Shown here in pieces: positions 27,394 through 36,685 of a stretch of DNA of 64,000 bases (position 1 is the stretch's first letter; every line of letters begins with the position of its first letter). The DNA is from Candidatus Aenigmatarchaeota archaeon (GTDB lineage Archaea; Aenigmatarchaeota; Aenigmatarchaeia; CG10238-14; SCSR01), in assembly GCA_016198705.1 (NCBI GenBank), contig JACQIA010000066.1, positions 3,610 through 67,609 of the forward strand. Reading direction: 5' to 3'. Under the pieces are notes generated by a model that saw only the letters and a list, made by a program, of their open reading frames with translations, was not told where the DNA came from and did no database searches. A program made the translations under genes and the position numbers.

Positions 27394-27936
27394 GTGGATA
27401 TGGTACCAGGACGGTTATTTGGACGAATTCCTTATGTTGTTACAACTCCAACTCCTAATCCTGATATGAGCCTTTCCAAATATCTTTACGAATTGACAGA
27501 TAGACAGATGACAATTTTAGGTCTTGCTGCAACAGCATACACAAATGGAGCAATAGCAGATATTTTATTACTTACTCCTCAAAGTGTGCGGGAATATTTC
27601 AATAGAATTTATATGAAGATGTCAATCCAACCAGACGGCATGGATTCACGGGTCGTGGCTGCACGAACTTATAGATTTGAATTTCCATTCGAAGTTGCTG
27701 ACAGAGAAGCTGGTTTTGTAGGCCTTAATCCTTATGACCGTGAGGTACTCAAATGGCTTGCAGAGGGCTATAGTAATGGTGAAATAGCAAGGCGCATGGG
27801 ATCAACAATTAGAAAGATAAATGGGTATTTTCGACGTGGAATTTATGGGAAGATGGTACTACCAAAAACAATAAAGCCTGATAATGAAAGGGTAAATAAA
27901 AGAGTGTTAGCCATGCTGTTGGCAGATAGAGTTTAG
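27394..27936 (+). CDS. transcription regulator with two tandem LuxR/GerE-type HTH domains
   Basis: LTDRQMTILGLAATAYTNGAIADILLLTPQSVREYFNRIYMKM and LNPYDREVLKWLAEGYSNGEIARRMGSTIRKINGYFRRGIYGKM both fit the LuxR C-terminal HTH pattern. Bacterial-type regulator inside the ribosomal operon. Confidence 0.55.
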   Translation: MDMVPGRLFGRIPYVVTTPTPNPDMSLSKYLYELTDRQMTILGLAATAYTNGAIADILLLTPQSVREYFNRIYMKMSIQPDGMDSRVVAARTYRFEFPFEVADREAGFVGLNPYDREVLKWLAEGYSNGEIARRMGSTIRKINGYFRRGIYGKMVLPKTIKPDNERVNKRVLAMLLADRV

Positions 27937-28058
27937 GGAAGACAGTAAAATATGGAAAAAATTTCTCAAAATTGATTTCTACTGAAGATTACTTTTCTTC
28001 AGAAAAACCGCATTGTAACTTATAAAAACATGTCTTTTCTAATTAATAGAGTATCATT

Positions 28059-28385
28059 ATGAAAGCAAGAAACATAGGAATAGATGTCAAGCCGCCAGAG
28101 AAAACATGCGAAGACGTAAACTGTCCATTCCATGGAACACTTGGGGTTAGAGGCAACCTTATTCAGGGAAAGGTAGTTTCTACCAGAGCCCAAAAAACCG
28201 CAGTTATAGAAAAAAATTACCAGCACTACCTGCCAAAATATGAAAGATTTGAAAGAAGGCACAGCAGAATAGTTGCATACAACCCCGAATGCGTGGGGGC
28301 AAAAGAAGGAAATGTCGTTTCTATCGCCGAATGCAGGCCTTTGAGCAAGACTAAAGCGTTTGTTGTCATAGAGAAGGTGAAATGA
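28059..28385 (+). CDS. rps17: 30S ribosomal protein S17 (uS17)
   Basis: CEDVNCPFHGTLGVRGNLIQGKVVS...VSIAECRPLSKTK typical of archaeal uS17. Confidence 0.85.
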   Translation: MKARNIGIDVKPPEKTCEDVNCPFHGTLGVRGNLIQGKVVSTRAQKTAVIEKNYQHYLPKYERFERRHSRIVAYNPECVGAKEGNVVSIAECRPLSKTKAFVVIEKVK

Positions 28386-28783
28386 TGAAAGCAGTCAAAG
28401 CTAGAGTATCAAGAGGATTGAGGGTAGGAAGCAATATTACATGTGCTGATAACACTGGGGCTAAAATTATACAAATAATTTCTGTCTTGGGCTACAAAGG
28501 TGTGAAGAGAAGACAGCCTACTTGCGGTGTTGCTGATGTGATCAAAGCTACTGTAAAAGAAGGCGACATAAAGATCAGAAAACAGGTTGTTAATGCAGTA
28601 ATAGTAAGACAGAAAGCTGAATACCGCAGGAAAGAGGGATTGAGAGTAACGTTTGAAGACAATGCAGCAATACTGGTTGATGATAATAATGAGCCAAGAG
28701 GCACTGAAGTTAAAGGGCCTATAGCCCGAGAGGTAATCGAGAGATTCACTTCTATATCAAAAGTCGCAGGCATAGTGGTTTGA
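28382..28783 (+). CDS. rpl14: 50S ribosomal protein L14 (uL14)
   Basis: SNITCADNTGAKIIQIISVLGYKG typical of uL14. Confidence 0.9.
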   Translation: MMKAVKARVSRGLRVGSNITCADNTGAKIIQIISVLGYKGVKRRQPTCGVADVIKATVKEGDIKIRKQVVNAVIVRQKAEYRRKEGLRVTFEDNAAILVDDNNEPRGTEVKGPIAREVIERFTSISKVAGIVV

Positions 28784-29263
28784 ATGAAGGTCAAATCTAA
28801 AAAACCAAACAAACAAAGAAAATTTCTACATAATGCACCATTGCACTTGAGAAGAAAGCTTTTGTCAGCACATTTATCCAAAGAACTGCGGCAGGAATTT
28901 AAAAGGAGAGCTTTGCCCTTGAGAAAAGGGGATGAAGTGGAGATAGTTAAAGGAAAATATGCCAGTAAAACTGGTAAGATTGCAAAGGTTGATTTGAATA
29001 ATTATAAGGTGTATATCGAAGGCATAACAAGAAGAAGGACTGTTGGTACAGAAGTTCAAGTTCCAATACACCCAAGCAACCTGGAAATAACAAATTTAAG
29101 TTTAAATGACGAATTTAGGAGAAAAATACTGCAAAGAAAGGGAATAAAAGTAGAAAAACCGAAAGAAATGGAGGATAAGAAAAATGTCGCACCTGAAAAG
29201 ACTGTTGATACCAAGATTTTGGAGAATACCGAAAAAGACAAAGAAATGGGCAGTAAGTCCTAG
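28784..29263 (+). CDS. rpl24: 50S ribosomal protein L24 (uL24) with KE-rich C-terminal extension
   Basis: KOW motif LRKGDEVEIVKGKYASKTGKIAKV. ORF runs 80 nt into rps4e and ends with TAG. Confidence 0.8.
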   Translation: MKVKSKKPNKQRKFLHNAPLHLRRKLLSAHLSKELRQEFKRRALPLRKGDEVEIVKGKYASKTGKIAKVDLNNYKVYIEGITRRRTVGTEVQVPIHPSNLEITNLSLNDEFRRKILQRKGIKVEKPKEMEDKKNVAPEKTVDTKILENTEKDKEMGSKS

Positions 29264-29882
29264 GCCAGGCCCGCATAAAAAATTCGAATCAATACCACTG
29301 CAAGTTATAGTTAGGGATATATTGAGCATAGCGGAAACGGGCAAGGAAGCCAAGACAATTATTAAAAAGGGCGAAATACTGGTTGACGGCAAGCCTAGAA
29401 AGGACAGCGCTTATCCTGTTGGTTTGTTCGATGTCATTTCTACACCAACTTCCAACCAATTCTACAGGATTGTTCCATCTGCAAGCGGGTTTACTGTAAT
29501 TTCCATATCATCAGACGAAGCGAATGTAAAAATTTGCAAAGTCGTAAACAAAGCAGTAGTCAAAAAGAATAAATTGCAGTTGAATCTAAACGACGGAAAG
29601 AATATTCTTGTTGATGATGGGAAGTACAGCACAGGGGATTCTCTTTTGATTGAAGTGCCTTCATTGAAAATAAATGGGCATTTGAAATTGGCCAAGGGCA
29701 GTTTAGGCATTATACTCAAAGGCAAAAATTCTGGAAAGTCGGCTGAAGTTAAAGAAATACTGCCTGGTAAATTCAGACAGCCTTCAAGAATTATCTGTGA
29801 AATAGAGGGAAAGGACGCAGAAGTTTTGAAAGATAATTTTATTGTTGTTGGAAAGGAAAAACCTTTGGTAGCAGTGAGTTGA
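29184..29882 (+). CDS. rps4e: 30S ribosomal protein S4e
   Basis: HLKRLLIPRFWRIPKKTKKWAVSPRPGPHK N-terminus typical of S4e. Confidence 0.85.
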   Translation: MSHLKRLLIPRFWRIPKKTKKWAVSPRPGPHKKFESIPLQVIVRDILSIAETGKEAKTIIKKGEILVDGKPRKDSAYPVGLFDVISTPTSNQFYRIVPSASGFTVISISSDEANVKICKVVNKAVVKKNKLQLNLNDGKNILVDDGKYSTGDSLLIEVPSLKINGHLKLAKGSLGIILKGKNSGKSAEVKEILPGKFRQPSRIICEIEGKDAEVLKDNFIVVGKEKPLVAVS

Positions 29883-30389
29883 ATGCAAGAAAATCCCACG
29901 CATGCAGTAAAGATAGAGAAACTAACCCTCAACATAGGATGCGGGACTGATAAGGAAAAAATTGAAAGAGCGACAAAACTGTTGGAGATGCTGTCCAACC
30001 AAAAGCCTATGATAACCCTTTCAAAGAAAAGATCAACGTTCGGTGTTCCGGAGAAAAAACCCATTGGAGTTAAAGTAACATTAAGAAAAATAAAGGCGGA
30101 GGAATTCTTCAGCAGAGTTCTTCAAGGGCTGGATAATAAATTAAAATCCTCCCAGCTCGACAATCAGGGCAATATAAGCATCGGCATAAAGGAGTATATA
30201 GACTTGCCTGATGTCAAATACAGTCATGAAGTTGGAATGCTGGGTTTGGATTGTTCTGTCACACTTCAAAGGTCTGGATACAGAATCAAACGCAGGCGAA
30301 TACAGAAAAGGGATATATCCTCAAAAAGCAAAATTTATAAAGAAGAAGTGGTTAATTGGTTGAAGGGAAAAGGTGTTCAAGTTGAATGA
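29883..30389 (+). CDS. rpl5: 50S ribosomal protein L5 (uL5)
   Basis: NPTHAVKIEKLTLNIGCG...GVPEKKPIGVKVTLRK typical of uL5. Confidence 0.85.
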   Translation: MQENPTHAVKIEKLTLNIGCGTDKEKIERATKLLEMLSNQKPMITLSKKRSTFGVPEKKPIGVKVTLRKIKAEEFFSRVLQGLDNKLKSSQLDNQGNISIGIKEYIDLPDVKYSHEVGMLGLDCSVTLQRSGYRIKRRRIQKRDISSKSKIYKEEVVNWLKGKGVQVE

Positions 30390-30561
30390 AGAAACTAACC
30401 TCGTAGAATTCACAGCAAAATTGGGGGGAGTAATTTTCAAAAAAGCCGAGCTCGAGAACAATTTTGAGGCGGTTTATTCTAAAGTTATTGAGAGAATGTT
30501 CCAACTGCAAGCTGTTGGCGGAGACGAATTTCTTGTTGTCCTTGGGGACATTGGCGGTTAG
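30373..30561 (+). CDS. questionable small ORF (62 aa) in the rpl5-rps14 spacer
   Basis: ORF overlapping the rpl5 3' end and filling an unusual 180-nt gap before rps14. No motif. Could be spurious. Confidence 0.2.
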   Translation: MFKLNEETNLVEFTAKLGGVIFKKAELENNFEAVYSKVIERMFQLQAVGGDEFLVVLGDIGG

Positions 30562-30569
30562 GTGTCTTT

Positions 30570-30716
30570 CTGGCTGTTAAAAAATTCGGCAAAGCTACAA
30601 AGCAATGCAGGCGGTGCGACAATTCCCGCGGGGTTATAGGAAATTACGGATTGCTGTATTGCCGCAGATGTTTTAGGGAAATAGCCAAAGATATAGGGTT
30701 TCATAAATATAGATAA
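30570..30716 (+). CDS. rps14: 30S ribosomal protein S14 type Z (uS14), non-canonical start
   Basis: Frame translation gives (L/M)AVKKFGKATKQCRRCDNSRGVIGNYGLLYCRRCFREIAKDIGFHKYR*, a clear zinc-binding uS14. There is no in-frame ATG/GTG/TTG between the upstream TGA (30489) and the conserved region. CTG at 30570 would give MAVKKFGK. Confidence 0.6.
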   Translation: MAVKKFGKATKQCRRCDNSRGVIGNYGLLYCRRCFREIAKDIGFHKYR

Positions 30717-30719
30717 TTT

Positions 30720-31586
30720 ATGCCTTATCAAACTATTGTCTTATCAACTGCATTCCTAGGTTCTACAATCTCAGCTATATGGGACTTGAAGACTACAGAG
30801 ATACCGGATCAAATACCGTACATCATGATAGCTGTGGCATTAATCACTTATGGCATTCAGTCTTACGCGGAATCAAACTATTGGATTGTACTGAACAGCC
30901 TTATAGTTGGTTTATCGCTTTTAGGTTTTGGTTTTCTTATGTACTATTTAGGGCAGTGGGGTGGGGGGGATGCCAAGCTGCTGTCGGCACTAGGATTTTT
31001 ACTTCCTGCAGCACCAAGCGGTTTTGCAAGTTTATTAGGCTCGTTCCCATTGAGTTTGTTGTTTAATCTATTCTTGGTAGGCTCTGTCTACATGCTTGCT
31101 TACGCTTTAGTGTTAGCTGGGATGAATAAAAAAATCATCGAAAGGTTCGTAAGCGATGTAAAATCTAGTAGCAATATTTTTCTAGCTGGTTCTGCAGTTC
31201 TTTTCATTATGTTCGTCTTTCTGAATTTATTTATTTCAAATTTATTTTCTGTTCAAAGTAGTGCAGGATTTTTAATAGCCAATTCTGTATTTCCATTGCT
31301 GGCAACTATTTCCATCTTCCTAATTTGGAAATTCGCTAAGGCTGTTGAAGATGTTGGATTCAGAAAGAAAATTCCCATTTCAAAGTTGAAAATCGGCGAT
31401 GTAATCTTAGAATCAAAATTGTGGGAGGGAATAACTGAAAAAGAGCTGAACACTATTAAAAGGTCTGGCAAAAGATTTGTTTGGGTTAAGGAAGGCGTGA
31501 GATTTGCCCCAGCATTTCCTTTGGCATTACTTTTCACTCTTTACTTCGGCGATGGCATTTTGCTATTTATGAAGTTTGTAAGTTAG
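30720..31586 (+). CDS. type IV prepilin/preflagellin peptidase (A24 family, PibD/FlaK-like)
   Basis: Polytopic membrane protein with N-terminal WDLKTTEIPD and GGGDAKLLSALG, matching the two catalytic-Asp motifs of A24 aspartic peptidases. Confidence 0.65.
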   Translation: MPYQTIVLSTAFLGSTISAIWDLKTTEIPDQIPYIMIAVALITYGIQSYAESNYWIVLNSLIVGLSLLGFGFLMYYLGQWGGGDAKLLSALGFLLPAAPSGFASLLGSFPLSLLFNLFLVGSVYMLAYALVLAGMNKKIIERFVSDVKSSSNIFLAGSAVLFIMFVFLNLFISNLFSVQSSAGFLIANSVFPLLATISIFLIWKFAKAVEDVGFRKKIPISKLKIGDVILESKLWEGITEKELNTIKRSGKRFVWVKEGVRFAPAFPLALLFTLYFGDGILLFMKFVS

Positions 31587-32135
31587 CCTTTCTTTATTAA
31601 CCAAATCAAAGATTTCCTTTAGATCGTCATCAGTAAATTCATCAACATGCCAGTCGAAAAATTCTTTCAAATCACTTTCTTTGTAGCCTTCACCCAAGTA
31701 CTCCAGAGCTTGGATTATAATTTCCAACCTGTCTATCTGCCTGACGATTTTCGCCTCTTTAGTTTTCATTTCTTCAAATTCTTTCCATGCCTCAGCATAT
31801 TTTTCCCGTATACTTTCCGGCAACATTGACAAAAGCTTCTCCATAGCATCCTTTTCCTTAGCCTTCCATTTTTCCATTCCTAATTTCTTTTTTGCTATGG
31901 GATCCCAATCGCCGATTATGGCTTCTGGCAAATCATGCAGCAAAGACATCCTTACTACCTTCTCTGTATTCAGCTTCTTGATATCGGCAACAATTAGTCC
32001 AAAAACTGCGGTTCTAAAAATATGCTCAGCCACGCTTTCTGGATTCTGTACATTGCTCCAAGTGACCCAGCCAGTTCTCTCTATTTTCTTCAGCTTGCCT
32101 GCAAATTTCAAAAATTCTAAAATTTCTTTATACAT
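31563..32135 (-). CDS. HD-domain phosphohydrolase (YfbR-like 5'-deoxynucleotidase family)
   Basis: ESVAEHIFRTAV...LLHDLPEAIIGD (H...HD...D metal-binding pattern). Confidence 0.65.
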   Translation of the reverse strand: MYKEILEFLKFAGKLKKIERTGWVTWSNVQNPESVAEHIFRTAVFGLIVADIKKLNTEKVVRMSLLHDLPEAIIGDWDPIAKKKLGMEKWKAKEKDAMEKLLSMLPESIREKYAEAWKEFEEMKTKEAKIVRQIDRLEIIIQALEYLGEGYKESDLKEFFDWHVDEFTDDDLKEIFDLVNKERLTYKLHK

Positions 32136-32198
32136 TCAAACCCACTTACTAAAAATAATTAAGTAAACCTTTAATACTACTTAATTCAACAATTTCTT

Positions 32199-32612
32199 GT
32201 GAAGGTCAAAGAGGTTATGCACAGCATTACTAAATTACCATCTCACACTACTATAGTTGATGCCGCCATTGCTATGGATAAAAAGACCATAGGTTCTATC
32301 TTGGTTGAAGAAAACTGTGAAACAATAGGTATCGTGACTGAAAGAGACATACTGCGTAAGATAGTTGCCAAGGGCAGAGATCCAAGCAAAGTTGCAATTA
32401 AAGAAATAGCCTCCAATCCTTTGATAACTGTTGATGAAAATGCAACATTAGCCGAAGCAAGTGAAAAGATGGCTAAACAAAATATAAGGCGATTAGTTGT
32501 GACTTCCGGAAATAAAATTGTAGGAGTAATAACAACTAGGGATGTGTCAAACAATGTCAATTATCTTTTGGCTAAAGGGGCTACAGCTTATTTGCCAAGT
32601 TATTATCCGTAG
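32199..32612 (+). CDS. CBS domain pair protein
   Basis: Two CBS-like repeats (GIVTERDILRKIV ; GVITTRDV). Confidence 0.7.
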   Translation: MKVKEVMHSITKLPSHTTIVDAAIAMDKKTIGSILVEENCETIGIVTERDILRKIVAKGRDPSKVAIKEIASNPLITVDENATLAEASEKMAKQNIRRLVVTSGNKIVGVITTRDVSNNVNYLLAKGATAYLPSYYP

Positions 32613-32616
32613 AAGA

Positions 32617-33900
32617 TTATTTCATTTCCAGTCTTTCTATCCCATTCATGTAAGGCTGTAAAACTTTTGGCACCAATATAGCGCCATCTTTTTGCTGAAA
32701 TTGCTCTATTATAGCAATCATAGTTCTGCTAGTAGCTAATGCTGTGTTATTCAAAGTATGGATAAATCCTGTAGGAGCCTGCCCCTGTTTTTCTCTAAAT
32801 CTTATGTTAAGCCTTCTTGCTTGGTAATCTGTGCAATTACTGTTAGAGCCAATTTCCCTGAATTTACCGTCAGCCATCCAGAATTCCGTATCATATTTTT
32901 TAGCAGCTATGCTGCCTATGTCACCGGTGCAGACATTTACAACACGATAATGCAATCCTAAAGCCTGGTACATTTCTTCTGAATTCCTCTGCAGATCTTC
33001 GTGCAATCTCCAGGATTCTTCAGGCAAACAAAAAACAAATTGTTCAATCTTGTTAAACTGGTGTGTCCTAAACAAGCCTTTGGTATACTTGCCGTGAGCG
33101 CCGATTTCTTTCCTGAAACAAGGTGATATGCCCGCCAATTTTACAGGCAAATTATTTTTATCCAGTATCTCGTCTGCAAACATTGCCCCCATGGCATGCT
33201 CGGATGTTGCTATCAAATACATCTCCTCGTTTTCAATTTTGTATGTGGCCATTTCAAAATCCACTGGATCCACCATTCCCTCTCGAGTCTTCTTGTTAAT
33301 CATGAAAGGCGGCTCTATTATAACAAACCCCTTTTTGCTTAGGAAATCTAAAGCAAACCGTTGGATAGCCAAATCCAAAAGCACCAATTCATTTTTCAAA
33401 AATACAAACCCAGCGCCAGCCACTTTCGCAGCCCTTTCCGAATCAACCAACTTTAGATTTTCCAAAATCTCCATATGGTTCTTTGGCGTAAAATAAAATT
33501 TTTGTGGCGAACCCCATTTTCTTAATTCGACATTTTCATTCTCATCTTTGCCAACAGGAACACTTTCATGCAGAAGGTTGGGAATACCCATTAAAAATGA
33601 TTTCTCTTTAATTTCCAGTTCACTCAGTATTTTCTCTTTTTTCCCTATAAGGGCATCAATTTTTTTCGCTCCAGCTAATATCTTTTTTGCCGGCTTATTC
33701 GCTTTTTTCGACTTTGCCACTTCAATGCTTAATTGGTTTCTTTTTTGCCGTAGTTTGTTTATCTCAGTCTGCGCTTTTCTCCATGTGACATCGACTTTTA
33801 GCAATTGCTCTAGAAGTTTGAGCTTATCAGGAGCATTACGTTTTTTCAAATTATCTTTTACTAAAGTTGGCTTTTCACGTATGAGTTTTATGTCAAGCAT
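32617..33900 (-). CDS. serS: seryl-tRNA synthetase
   Basis: 427 aa with N-terminal coiled-coil arm and class II core (FRKEIGAHGKYTKGLFRTHQFNKIEQF ; motif 3 GSNSNCTDYQARRL). Confidence 0.85.
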   Translation of the reverse strand: MLDIKLIREKPTLVKDNLKKRNAPDKLKLLEQLLKVDVTWRKAQTEINKLRQKRNQLSIEVAKSKKANKPAKKILAGAKKIDALIGKKEKILSELEIKEKSFLMGIPNLLHESVPVGKDENENVELRKWGSPQKFYFTPKNHMEILENLKLVDSERAAKVAGAGFVFLKNELVLLDLAIQRFALDFLSKKGFVIIEPPFMINKKTREGMVDPVDFEMATYKIENEEMYLIATSEHAMGAMFADEILDKNNLPVKLAGISPCFRKEIGAHGKYTKGLFRTHQFNKIEQFVFCLPEESWRLHEDLQRNSEEMYQALGLHYRVVNVCTGDIGSIAAKKYDTEFWMADGKFREIGSNSNCTDYQARRLNIRFREKQGQAPTGFIHTLNNTALATSRTMIAIIEQFQQKDGAILVPKVLQPYMNGIERLEMK

Positions 33901-33950
33901 AAACTAAATTTGATATTAGATTTTAAAAAGCAGTGGCAACATCAAAAATC

Positions 33951-35117
33951 TCATCTAGTTATCCTTTCCCGTTTCATGAATTCAAACAATTCCTTCGCTT
34001 CTCTATTCTTTTCGAAATACCTCCTTACAGGATCCAATATATCTGACAATCCCTTGGAAACAGCATTTTTCAAATCCGCGGGATGCAATTTACCTTCTCT
34101 GAATTCCCCTTCCAATTTTTCATAATTATGAAATTCCACATTCCCACCATAGTTGGAAGGCCTTTCAACTCCCAAGTGATCATTTTTCCTAAAAATTATG
34201 TATCTACAAATCTCTAAAATGGGATTGTTTTCTATAACTTTTGGCGGACAAAACGCATTATCTATCTTTTCTTTGATTTCTGAAGAAGAATCGTGAATTG
34301 AAATATAACTTTTCGGAATTGATTTTGCCATCTTGCTTGATATTTCTACATCAAACCCTTTACTTGCTTCAAACCCACCCATTTTTGTCGGTCCTGATAG
34401 TCCTATCAACAGATGGTGATGAACGGCAACAGGCTTCCATAGACCCAAATTCAATCCTATCTCTCTTGCCAACATATTCGCCCGTCTCTGATCTATTCCC
34501 AGCTGGCAGATATCACAGTTGAGTTTGAAGATGTCTGTAGTCTGCATCAAAGGATAAATGTAGCTAGCTGCCGGCAGCTGTTCATCTTCTGTCCTGCCCA
34601 TGATAGTTAAAGCTCTTTTGACCCTTTGCATCGATACTTTACTTCCTAATTTTAAAACTAATTCCCAATAGCCCAAATCTTTGCACAAATCCTCAGCAAA
34701 AACAAATTCAACTTTTTTAGGATCAACACCACAAGCAATCCATGCATGCTTCAGATATTCGCCAGCTTTTCTCAACTTATTTAAATCCCCTCCTAATTTC
34801 ATGTTGATTGCTGCATGCCATGTTGCCAGAAGAATCTTGTAATGTATACCTGCTTCTATTAGATCGTTCATCTTTATTGCTGATAACAAGCCTGTCCCAA
34901 GATGGGCAATACCACTAGGCTCAAATCCGTTATACGCTACAGGATGTTCTTTAGTTTCAAGCAATTGTCTCAAGTCTTCTTCTGTGATTACTTCTTCTGT
35001 AGGAGGACTCAATATTAGTTCTAGTTTTGTTTCTAAATCCATTATACCACTAATAAAGATAGAATTTTTTGATTTATCTTTTATTAACCTTTGTTCGATA
35101 GTCTTAAATAAATACAA
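33951..35117 (-). CDS. tyrS: tyrosyl-tRNA synthetase (archaeal type) with N-terminal extension
   Basis: YNGFEPSGIAHLGTGL (HIGH-like), ILLATWHAAIN, IYPLMQTTD..., KMAKS (KMSKS), C-terminal LHPADLKNAV; collinear with M. jannaschii TyrRS. True start may be the internal Met (MDLETK...). Confidence 0.75.
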   Translation of the reverse strand: MYLFKTIEQRLIKDKSKNSIFISGIMDLETKLELILSPPTEEVITEEDLRQLLETKEHPVAYNGFEPSGIAHLGTGLLSAIKMNDLIEAGIHYKILLATWHAAINMKLGGDLNKLRKAGEYLKHAWIACGVDPKKVEFVFAEDLCKDLGYWELVLKLGSKVSMQRVKRALTIMGRTEDEQLPAASYIYPLMQTTDIFKLNCDICQLGIDQRRANMLAREIGLNLGLWKPVAVHHHLLIGLSGPTKMGGFEASKGFDVEISSKMAKSIPKSYISIHDSSSEIKEKIDNAFCPPKVIENNPILEICRYIIFRKNDHLGVERPSNYGGNVEFHNYEKLEGEFREGKLHPADLKNAVSKGLSDILDPVRRYFEKNREAKELFEFMKRERITR

Positions 35118-35134
35118 GACATCTTAAATGTTGA

Positions 35135-36565
35135 TTGCTGATGCAAACTGTTATACAAACGGCAGTATTACGAGAAATAGTTCCAAGCGGATTGACATAT
35201 GGAATTGATGAACGAAGAGCCATAAGTGAACGTGGAATACCACTTGAAGTCCGATACATAACTCCTATAGATAAATCATTGGAAAGAGTATGGGAGGGTA
35301 GGAAAAATTCTGGAAAAAATATATTCAACAAAAGTGGTGTGTGGCGTCGTAGAGAGGCGCTTAATTTTCTTGGCATAAATACAGAAAGCTATGAAGAATG
35401 TGCTGCAAACCTTGTTTCGTTGGACGGCAGTGAAGGTGCAAACTCAGGACCGTTTCGTTTGTCTAACGCTGCACAATATGTTGGATTACCTAGCGGCGAT
35501 GTTTCATTTTTATATGAAGGCAATAATCCGAGCGGTTCATTCAAAGACAGAGGAACTGTAGTTGTGGCTACTGATGGTAGAAGACATGACGTAAAACGCT
35601 ACATAGTAGCTTCCACAGGGAATACAGCAGCGTCGATGGCTGCAGTAATAGCTAACGAAAAAGTTGGAGGAAGATATTCGCGTGATGTAGAACTTATTGT
35701 AATTATACCACATGGGAGAGTAGCGACAGAAAAACTACTGCAAGCACAAGCATACGGAGCAAAAATTATTCAAATAGACGGAGATTTTGATGCTGCATTA
35801 GAGATGTCCCGTCAGTTAAGAGAAATTGATCCCACAATGTATCCTGTTAATTCTTACAATCCATTTAGAATAGAGGGGCAAAAAACAGAGACATTTGATA
35901 TAATTGAGTATCTGAAACAAGTTCCGGATTGGATAATCACACCAGGTGGCAATTTAGGCAGTACAGCTGCTATACACAAAGCACTTCTGGATATGCGTGA
36001 ATGGGGATGGATTGGTAAAGTGCCGAGAATAGCTGTTGTAAATGCTGCAAATGCCAATACACTTGAATTATTTTACAACAGAGAAGGAGTTAGGTGGAAT
36101 CATGGCGATTTTGATGTTCGATCAGTAGGAGAATTTTATTCTGAACTGAGAATGGAACGTGCTAGCGACAGACATCGTAAACGTAGCACTCATATGTCAG
36201 CAATCGACATACATTACCCTGCAGAAGAAAATATGATGAAAGCATTGAGAGCATTGGAAGATACGAATGGTGTGGTAACAAGTGTAACAGATGCAGAGGC
36301 ATGGGAGGCAAAAGCTGTAATAGACAGCAATGGAATGTTCATGGTTGATTTGGCATCTGCTGCAGCTTTGGCTGGTTTGAGAAGACTTTTTAGAGCTGGT
36401 AATATAGAAAGAGGTCAAATTGTTGGCGTTAGATTAACCGGCAGAGACAAAGACACGGGATTGAGCGCTAGATACTATAACAATCCGCGCATGAAACATT
36501 CTAACGTACCATTGCAACTTCCTAATGACGTAGAAGCAGTTAAAAATGCGATTTATGTACAATGA
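35135..36565 (+). CDS. threonine-synthase-like PLP-dependent enzyme (fold type II)
   Basis: GNNPSGSFKDRG PLP-lysine motif and GGNLGSTAA glycine loop, with an N-terminal about 110-aa extension. CGN-rich codon usage. Confidence 0.6.
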   Translation: MLMQTVIQTAVLREIVPSGLTYGIDERRAISERGIPLEVRYITPIDKSLERVWEGRKNSGKNIFNKSGVWRRREALNFLGINTESYEECAANLVSLDGSEGANSGPFRLSNAAQYVGLPSGDVSFLYEGNNPSGSFKDRGTVVVATDGRRHDVKRYIVASTGNTAASMAAVIANEKVGGRYSRDVELIVIIPHGRVATEKLLQAQAYGAKIIQIDGDFDAALEMSRQLREIDPTMYPVNSYNPFRIEGQKTETFDIIEYLKQVPDWIITPGGNLGSTAAIHKALLDMREWGWIGKVPRIAVVNAANANTLELFYNREGVRWNHGDFDVRSVGEFYSELRMERASDRHRKRSTHMSAIDIHYPAEENMMKALRALEDTNGVVTSVTDAEAWEAKAVIDSNGMFMVDLASAAALAGLRRLFRAGNIERGQIVGVRLTGRDKDTGLSARYYNNPRMKHSNVPLQLPNDVEAVKNAIYVQ

Positions 36566-36685
36566 AATCAAAACATGGACAAGAAAGACTTTCCAGTCAT
36601 AGACAGAATGCAATCTGAGTTCGGTTTAGACTAAGTTGAAAATTAAATTAACTATTTACTTTAGCTTTACAAATTACTTTGTCAT

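Noticed and set aside
30373-30561. 62-aa ORF as a real gene between rpl5 and rps14
   Set aside because: It has no motif and overlaps the rpl5 3' end. It is kept only as a low-confidence feature because the 180-nt spacer is otherwise unexplained.
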